Positions 55,783 to 64,000 of a DNA stretch of 64,000 nucleotides are shown here, piece after piece. Source of the DNA: Eledone cirrhosa (Eukaryota). The position numbers and the translations under genes were made by a program. The stretch is taken from contig OZ024742.1 of assembly GCA_964016885.1 (NCBI GenBank), forward strand, positions 83,142,001 to 83,206,000, given 5' to 3'. Each line of letters opens with the position of its first letter. The first letter of the stretch is position 1. The notes under the pieces are model-generated. The model saw only the letters and a program-made list of their open reading frames with translations, was not told the DNA's origin and ran no database searches.

Positions 55783-58700
55783 GCTTTCTTTATTAACCAC
55801 AAGGGTTTACATAAAGTAGACATTAAGGACAGTACAGGACAATACAAGGGGGTACAAATGGGCATTTTTGCCTGTAAAAAAACAGAGGATGTAATAAAAA
55901 AAATAACAATGAAAAATGTCCCAATAGAGGGGAGATTTCCGAGGGACATTTGTGGAGAAAGCCCATTAAAAGGCCACAGTGACTTTCACCACCAAGGCAA
56001 GTGCCCTCTCCCAGTTTTCCACATTTAATTTACAGACACATACTCAGAGTAGGCCCATTCACTCGGGCCATTCTTGCTTCTCTCACCCATCTTTCAACAA
56101 AATGTTCTGATTTTCCTTTTCAAATGAAATTTGAAAGAGTCAATCAGGGCATCACCGAAGAGGTAAGTGCTCGTCTTCAGCCCTTTCAAGCGTGTCCACC
56201 ATACTATCTCTTTCGCCATGGCCACCAGACAGATAAAAACTACCTGCCCTTCCCGGATAAAGGAAGAGGGAGGGGCAATCCTCACGATGGACTCAGCTGA
56301 TAGCCGGATCCGTCCTACACGTGACAGCAGGTGTTGGACATAAACCCACAAGTCAGCAATGCTCGGACACTGGATGAGTACGTGCAGGACGGTTTCGTCG
56401 CCCTGCGCGCATCTCGGACATGTCCGGCTGACGGCACCTCCATGCCTGTAGAGTTTATCCCGAACTTGCAAAGCTCCTCAGTAGCACTGCCAGGCCAGGG
56501 ATTTCTGGAAGTTGTCCATAGGCCCCGGCTCGTAAGTCCTTCCGAAGATATTGGCTAGTTGATTTTCCTCGACGCCTAGAGTTTCTCCAAGTACGTCGTC
56601 GCTCTTCCCCTCCACTAATCCTCTATAGAACGCCAAGGTGGAGTTTCCACCGATCACATTGCCCGATTTGTCGAGGGCTGTGAGCGCCTGAAGACATTCC
56701 AGTCTCCAAGCGCGCCCTCTCGGTCTTCGCTTGACCCAGGACTGGAGCTCCGTCAAGGAGACGAGCTGGGGAAAGTCGTGTCTAGCAAACGGCGACCACA
56801 CCTGATCACCGTCGAGGAAGAGGTGGAGATTTCGTAGCCTGAGCGCGTGCTGCGCATCATCAGCCACGACAAGTCCAGCCCTCTACGTAGCGGGTGTTGA
56901 CAGCAGATGGACCGCCTGACCATCGGAGCGCGTCCCTTTCACAAAAAGCGAAAGAGCAAACGCTCCAGCGCAGTCAGGCGGGGATTAGGGCAAGGTACGA
57001 CGGTCAGGCGGTAGTAGATGACGGACGCGATGTACGCGTTAGCCACCTCCGCTCGACCTTTCAGGGATAGCTTCCTCTCCGACCATTTCTGGGTGAGAGA
57101 AGCCACCCTGCTCGTCACCTCGTCCCAGTTTTTGTCCGTCTGGAGGTCCGGACCGAATGAGACCCCTAGCAATTTAAACGGTCCGTCCGTCCAGCGCCCG
57201 ACAACCCTATTGGACGGCATGGACCTGCCTCTCCAGGTGCCGAGTGCAGGCCCACTGACTTTTCCTGGTTGATCATTACTCCTGTCACCGCTTCGTATTC
57301 TCTTAGTGTAGTGCCGATCGCCTCGATGTGCTTGGCGTTCGACACCACTACGGTGACATCGTCCGCATATTCTGACACGGATCTTCCGCATCCTAGTTCG
57401 CGCGGGACCCCCTCAACGTCTCCAGTTTGTGCAGCAATGTCTCGAGAGTCAATACGTACAAGAGGGACGCATGTCTGCGTCTCTCCCACCAGACCACCAA
57501 TGACAAGCGCCAACCTCTTTGCTAGCACCTTGGCCAAAATCTTGAACTCTGCGTTTAGCAGTGTTATGGGCCTGAAATGATCTATGTTATCCCCCTTGTT
57601 CGGATCCTTTCTCAGCAGCGCCACCGCTCCTCGGCTCACAGAGCTGGGAATTCTCCCGTTCTGTTGCCAGTTGCAGTAGACGTCCGCCAAGAGGCCTCCG
57701 AACAAGTCTGGCATTTGTATGTAAAGTTCATAGGGCAGACCAACCAAACCAGGCGATTTACCCCTTGTGCAGCCAGTCATTGCCTCCCGTACTTCAGCGG
57801 CAGATATCGGCTTTTCGCAACACTCCGCCTCAGTGGCCGAAAGCCGCGGCAGGCCGTCGAGGTAGACACTAAAGTCCATCCTCGATCCGGCCCGCCGCTG
57901 CCCCCGAACAGTTGAGCGAATTGTCGCTGAAAAGCTTCACACATTTGCCCGGGATCGACTAGCATGCGCCCGTCGTGGTCCACCAAAGACCGGATCGTGG
58001 CTTTGTTGCCACGACGCGCCTCCGCCACTCGGGCCCATTGAACGGCTTTCGTCGCCTCGTCTCTGAGAGCACGCACCCTAGCTCTCACAACGCAGCCTTC
58101 GTGCTTTGCCTTGAACAATTGGTCAAGGGCCAATTTCGCCGCAAGTACGTCGGTCGCGATGCCTTTGCTAAGCGCCTCGTCTAATTTTCTAACTAATTCT
58201 CCCTCTGCTCTATTTTTCTCTCTTGCTAAAGCCTTACTAAAACTAATGGACTCTATTCTAATTGCTCTTTTCAGAGCAAACCACCACTTGTTGTTGACGA
58301 TGGCCCCCGTCAACGCCCGCTTAACTAGTTCGCTAATCCGGTTTCTGTAGGCCTTACGCGCTGGTAAGGATGCGTTTAGCATCCAGTAGCCGGGTCCTCG
58401 TCTATGAAGCCTATCTAATCAAGCACACAGATCACGAATTTGTGGTCCGTGTAGCTGACTATCTTGAATTGTGGACAGCCTATGCTAGGCCTATCTATTT
58501 CCTTACAAAATACTCTATCTAGATATGATCTGGATGACCCTATGCGATTTGTCCAAGTCCACATTGGCACATTCGGGAAATCCAATCGGTACCTGTCAGA
58601 GAGTTTAAAACGCCTGAGCAGGTTGGTGAGGCTCTTGCACCCTCCTCCCCTATCTGCTAATCCCACACAGTCCCAGCGTGCATCTAAAGTCCCGTTCTAG

Positions 58701-61304
58701 TCGCCCACTAGCACTAAAGAGCGGAACGTTCCAAGAAAGGTCTCCAGACGCCGGAAGAAATCAGGCCGCCCTGCTCCTGTCGGGGCATAGACAGCCACTA
58801 GCCTGAAAGCTTGCCGGTCTCCGCTGGTCACATCCGGCACCACCAACTTACCTTCTGAGTCCAGGAAGATAGCCCGTATGGCGAGATCCAAACCTCTCCG
58901 AAAAAGCACAGCAACTCCACTCTTCGATCCCGGACGGCTGGGAGATGCGTACACATCGTAGCCGCCGAAGATCGGTGCGAAGGCGCGTGCTTCGGAGATT
59001 CTGGTCTCGCTGATGGCCACTACATCTATGTTTAGTGACCAGAGGTCGTTGAGCAGGTGGCCCTGCTTCCATGACGACCCCAATCCACGTGCATTTATGC
59101 TGCCTATTCTGAGTGAAGTCATGTTGAAATGGAGTGGAAAAGATTGGAAAGACCACTTACCTTACTTCTCGTAGAGGAAGGGCGGTTTCTCCATTATTTT
59201 CACTGTTTGTGGCTTCCTCAGGAAGGATGTCCTTATAAATCCTCCTGGAGAGTGCTTGTCGGAAGTCTCCGATGTCTTTGGAGAATTTTTGTTTTAGTGT
59301 CATGTACGTTTTCTGTGTGATGTGAGTGATTTGTATGTGTGGAGGTGGTGTGAACTTTTGGGTTGTTGTGTAGTCTTTTTCTGTGATGCTGGTGTTGTGT
59401 TGCATGTAGAGTAATAATTGGTTGTTGTTCAAATTTAATGCTGTGTAGTGTGTATCGTTTTGGTTGTTTTGTTTTGTTTGTGTTTGTTGTGGGTTTGTTT
59501 CTGTTTCGCTTTTTGGTGACTTTTGTGGTTTGGTGATGGTGGTGTTGGGTTTAATGATGGTGATGGTGTTGGTGTTTGTGGTGATGGGGTTGGTGATGCT
59601 GGTGTGGATGGTGGCATATCTGTCCTAACTTTGTTGTTTGATTATTTATTTTTTTCCATCTCTATTTTGTTTTTGGAGGGGGAAGGAAGAGAATTTTTTT
59701 CTTTGTTGGTTTCTTTTTTCTTTTTTCCTGATACCGTTTCCCACTCCTCGTCGTCACAATCTGTCCCCAGTTGTGATAGGCCGGGGAGTGGAAAATCATC
59801 CACAGGCGTTAGTTTTGGTTGTGGCGTGGTGGATGGTGTAGGCGCTGGTGCTAGTTCTGACGCGTTGGGTGGTTGTGGTTTTGCTAGTGTTGCTGGGGTT
59901 GTTGCTGTTACAGTGTCTTCTGTTGTTGCTGCTACGGTTGTTGCTGCCATCTCTGCTGCCGGTGGTGTTGATGGTTGTGTCACTGGCGTGGGTAGTAGAG
60001 GTGGCCTCAGCCTTTTAGCCTGAGGGCAGAAACCCTTAGGTGGTTTCCTTCACCACAAACGAGACACCTAGGCCTTCTGCCCTCGACAATTACGGTGAGG
60101 TGGCTGCCGTTAGTGAGGTCTATTACCTCTGGGATCTCCTCAATGCTTTTTTGGTCCGCTTGGATCAGGAGCTCAATCCCAGATCCGGACCAGTTCTCCT
60201 GCTTTTCTTTCGCTATTTCAATTATCTTGGCGTGGGCTTCGATGCCGGCGAGGACGGCAGCTATTAGCCTAAGGGAATTTCGATGGCTGGTGGAACGTGG
60301 GTCACCCTGATCTTTACGAGTCTCTGGCCACAATAGCTTGGGACGAGTGTAAAGTCGTCACTTCTTAATGGGGCCATGGAGTGTTCTCTAGCCTCCTCTG
60401 GTGTTTCAGAGAACACGTCCACGGTTCCATACTTCTGCCCACGTCTGATGTGGGGTTTTTTTGCCCACACATGTCCCAAAGCTTTTGGGATTTGGGTCTC
60501 GGATGCCCGTTCCACTCGGCGCGATTGTATATTAATTGTTCGATAAGACACGGTGCATAGGCCCCGATGCTCCATCTTATTTGGTTTGGGGGGGAGGCTG
60601 ACCCATCTTTCTTTACCATCTTTTTGGCTTCTTCTAATTCCTCCTGAGTTACCTGAAATGCTTCGCACTGTTTTGCTACTCTGGCAAAACTCAGGGTGGT
60701 TTTCTTAATGTCATTGTTGCTGTTGTTGTTATCGTTATTTTTGTTATTATTAATTTTAGTTTCAGTTGTGGTGGTGGTGGCGTCAGTGGTGTTCGGTGTG
60801 GAAGAGTTTATTTTGGTTGAATTCATTTCGATATCACGAGTTAATTTACTTTTTTCTTTTGTTTCTGTTGTCGCAGTGGTGGTGGGGGTGGTGGTTATCG
60901 CGGTGGTGGAGGTGGTGGCGGCTTTAACACCTGCAGTCATTGGTAATGGCGGGAAATGAATGTCTGCCTGAATAAATTTAAAATATTGCTACTGCTTATA
61001 TTTTTAGTGTTGGCAAACGTAGTAAAATTTACAATGGTGGTGTCGGTGTGAGGTGTTAGTTTGTGAGGAAGGCTGTCAGCTTCGTGTGGCTGTGAATCAT
61101 CCATGTTTTTTCAAAGAAATTTTTTTTTTAATAATTATAAAAGTTTAAATTCTGGGCTCAAGGCCCCAATCTTTTTGAGTGTCCTTTTCGGAAAACAATG
61201 TATGTGCACTTATATACAGTTAACAATACAAATTTTCCATAAATGGCAATTTTAAACAAACCTTTGCGGAGCTCACGATGATACGATTTACTACGTAGGT
61301 CGCC
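55783..61304 (-). mobile_element. Full-span Tx1/L1-clade LINE (ORF1 + ORF2 APE/RT/C-terminal Cys-His), frameshifted, with an internal RT deletion near 57470
   Basis: GSINARGL, SYLD, TDH, KSPGLVGLPYE, FRPITLLNAEFKILAK, YADD, CPRCAQGDETVLHVLIQC; AATAAA near the 3' end; (TAA)n on both sides. Confidence 0.95.
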
Positions 61305-61367
<63 letters not shown>

Positions 61368-61442
61368 AAGAAGAAGAAGAAGAAGAAGAAGAAGAAGAAG
61401 AAGAAGAAGAAGAAGAAGAAGAAGAAGAAGAAGAAGAAGAAG

Positions 61443-61471
<29 letters not shown>
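61305..61471. repeat. (TAA)n(GAA)n compound microsatellite
   Basis: Directly visible. Confidence 0.98.
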
Positions 61472-61473
<2 letters not shown>

Positions 61474-62211
61474 GAGTGTGACTGAACAATTGGAAAGTTG
61501 TGGGGACGTGTTGATAATGTTGGTGAGAATAAAGAAGAGGTTAAATAGGAATTTATATATGACGGAGCGCATTGTATTAAAAAGTCGTTGTAAACGTTGA
61601 GAAACGGAAAGAGAAATATTTAATACACATCCTACATGCTATATTTTATCAGAAAAAAAACGTTACATTTGCTTGCGTATAAATATATAGAATACTTTTT
61701 TTCTAATAATCGATTCATAAATATATGTATAGGTTATGCCTATTTATAGAGAATAGCTTTTTAGAGTGAATGTATTGCTGTCATTTTTAAATATATACCT
61801 GAACAGATATTTAGGAACATGCGTACATCCTCTTCCGTATAGTTACACAGGCAGACAAACTCACATGCACATATACACACACGCAGAAACACAAAAGGCA
61901 CACAGATACACACATATATATATTTCTGTGTTGGTGTGTTTAAATATACCTATTCTACTGTGTATGTTTAATGCACGGGTTTTCGTGTTAATGTTTGCTA
62001 TGCGAATATACTTAAATAGAATTTCAAGAGAAATAGTAAAATATGCATACATATATCTATGCGCATTTCACCACATGCAAGTATTTCTGCGAAAGTCTAT
62101 TCCTCTTTATACATATCTAACTATCCGTCTATCTATCTGTGATCGGTCCTTCCCCCTCTCCTTCTATATATAACATACATATATATATATGTGTATGTGC
62201 ATATATATATA

Positions 62212-62253
<42 letters not shown>

Positions 62254-62278
62254 ATACACATATATATGTGTATATATT

Positions 62279-62335
<57 letters not shown>

Positions 62336-62340
62336 ACGCT

Positions 62341-62405
<65 letters not shown>

Positions 62406-62534
62406 ATACATGTATATATGTATGCATGGCATGTATGCATGTATGCATGTATATATATGTATGCATGTATGCATGTATATATATGCATATATATATATGT
62501 ATATATATATACATATATATACATGCATACATAC

Positions 62535-63480
62535 ATGGTGGCTGCCAACTCGTTTTCGAGTATGGCCACTACTTTATATCCATGTAGGAGAACCCCTACC
62601 GATGCGCTGAACGAGTGTGACCTTTTAGTCCAGTCAGCGACTTGAAAACTCTGGTACAAACACTACACTTGCGACAATTATTGACACATAGTGCTGGGCC
62701 CATGGTACCATGTGACGACAAGTGCAGAGAGATCTCCAGATATAAAGCAATGCCTGTGCCGTGAAGCTTTCATAGTGAGCAAAGGCACTGCACAAAGCCA
62801 GTCCCACTCTCTTAACCAAGATGATATTTACCAAAAAGAAGAACAAGTCATATATACATACATACATACATACATACATACATACATACATACATACAAA
62901 CATACATGGTGGCTGCCAACTCGTTTTCGAGTACGGCCACTACTTTATATCCATGTAGGAGAACTCCTACCGATGCGCTGAACGAGTGTGACTTTTTAGT
63001 CCAGTCAGCGACTTGAAAACTATGGTACAAACATTACACCTGTGACAATTATTGACATATAGTGCCGGGCCCTTGGTACCATGTGACGACAAGTGCAGAG
63101 AGATCTCCAGATATAAAGCAATGCCTGTGCCGTGAAGCTTTTATAGTGAGCAAAGGCACTGCACAAAGCCTGTCCCACTCTCTTAACCAAGATGATATTT
63201 ACCAAAAAGAAGAACAAGTCAACATCATTGGATACCATCAGAGTTGCAGGTGTTATATCAGAGTTTTCCTTCTCCTAGAATTCTGCCTTGACAAAGGCTA
63301 AGGGGTCATCTCTCCCGGTGATTTTGGATGGCCATTGACTCTTAAGAGCTCTTTTGCCCTTTGACAGGTTTTGTTTTTAGTCCTGCAAGATGTCCAAAGT
63401 CACACTCCTCACCAAGAAACCTTGGTGGGGTTGCCAGTTTAGTCGCCAACGACCCGACCATGAGACAGGTTGTACTGGGA
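62535..63480 (-). mobile_element. Non-autonomous RTE-derived element (62906-63480) plus a tandem 3' partial copy (62535-62848), with (ATGT)n tails
   Basis: About 315-bp direct duplication; RTE-UTR-like AGGAGAAGGAAAACTCTGA on minus; homology to 20204-20934. Confidence 0.7.
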
Positions 63481-63571
63481 TACATACATACATACATACA
63501 TACATACATACATACATACATACATACATACATACATACATACATACATACATACATACATACATACATAC

Positions 63572-64000
63572 ATTTGCAATCCAAGAACAGGAGATTAACA
63601 CGAAATACCTGATTCACAAAAGAGATAGGGATGCAGGCAAAACACATAGATATGATAACATGTGCAGACTCTGCAGAACTAACATCGAGGATATCACCCA
63701 TGTCATGAGCAGCTGTCCAAAGATGTCATCGTGGTACTATCTACCTATGAGGCAGGATGTAGTGGCCAAAACACTATACGATGCAGTTCGTAAAAAAAGA
63801 TAGCCCCGATAATAAACACATTAAAAGCTACAGCAATGTGGAAGACATCTATGTACATAATATGAAAGAGTACTGGTGGAATGTTCCAGTAAAAACCCCA
63901 ATAAAATGCAGGCATAAGAGACCAGATATTATGATATGGGACGGGGAGAAGAAAGCATACACAGTAGTGGAAATTAGCTGCCCAGCAGACGCCAATATAA
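63572..64000 (+). pseudogene. Fragment of an RLE-type non-LTR element (CCHC + endonuclease), runs off the window
   Basis: AIQEQEI, CRLCRTNIEDITHVMSSC, RQD, RPDIMIWD..VVEISCP. Confidence 0.88.

Noticed and set aside
46039-61304. Single large inverted segmental duplication
   Set aside because: Paired LINE copies are visibly diverged, their order is not mirror-symmetric and unique flanks do not match; independent insertions fit better

Overview
Repeat-saturated, AT-rich animal genomic DNA, most likely Octopus or another coleoid cephalopod (inferred from the SINE family and repeat landscape). I found no supportable host-gene exon, and most ORF-track entries are translated microsatellites. The window holds (TA)n/(TG)n/(GA)n/(TAA)n arrays, four distinct Penelope-like elements (PLEs, one full-length with pseudo-LTRs), R4/Dong-type and Tx1/L1-type LINEs clustered on TAA repeats (including a Tx1-R4 junction), RTE fragments, tRNA-SINEs, two Helitron-type elements and a MITE. 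The main signal lies between about 4.3 and 42.3 kb. There I read about 24 type-I hammerhead-ribozyme (HHR)-like motifs from about 11 sequence families, most in small non-coding foldback or terminally redundant elements sitting in microsatellites. Several have non-canonical but internally consistent cores (U3-A8: UUGAUAA, UUGAAAA; and C(A/C)GUUGA with covarying stem II). In every two-ribozyme foldback both HHRs read outward, and unrelated families are also joined head-to-head, which suggests two-template priming from both strands of the target. All structures were read by eye; activity and novelty are untested.
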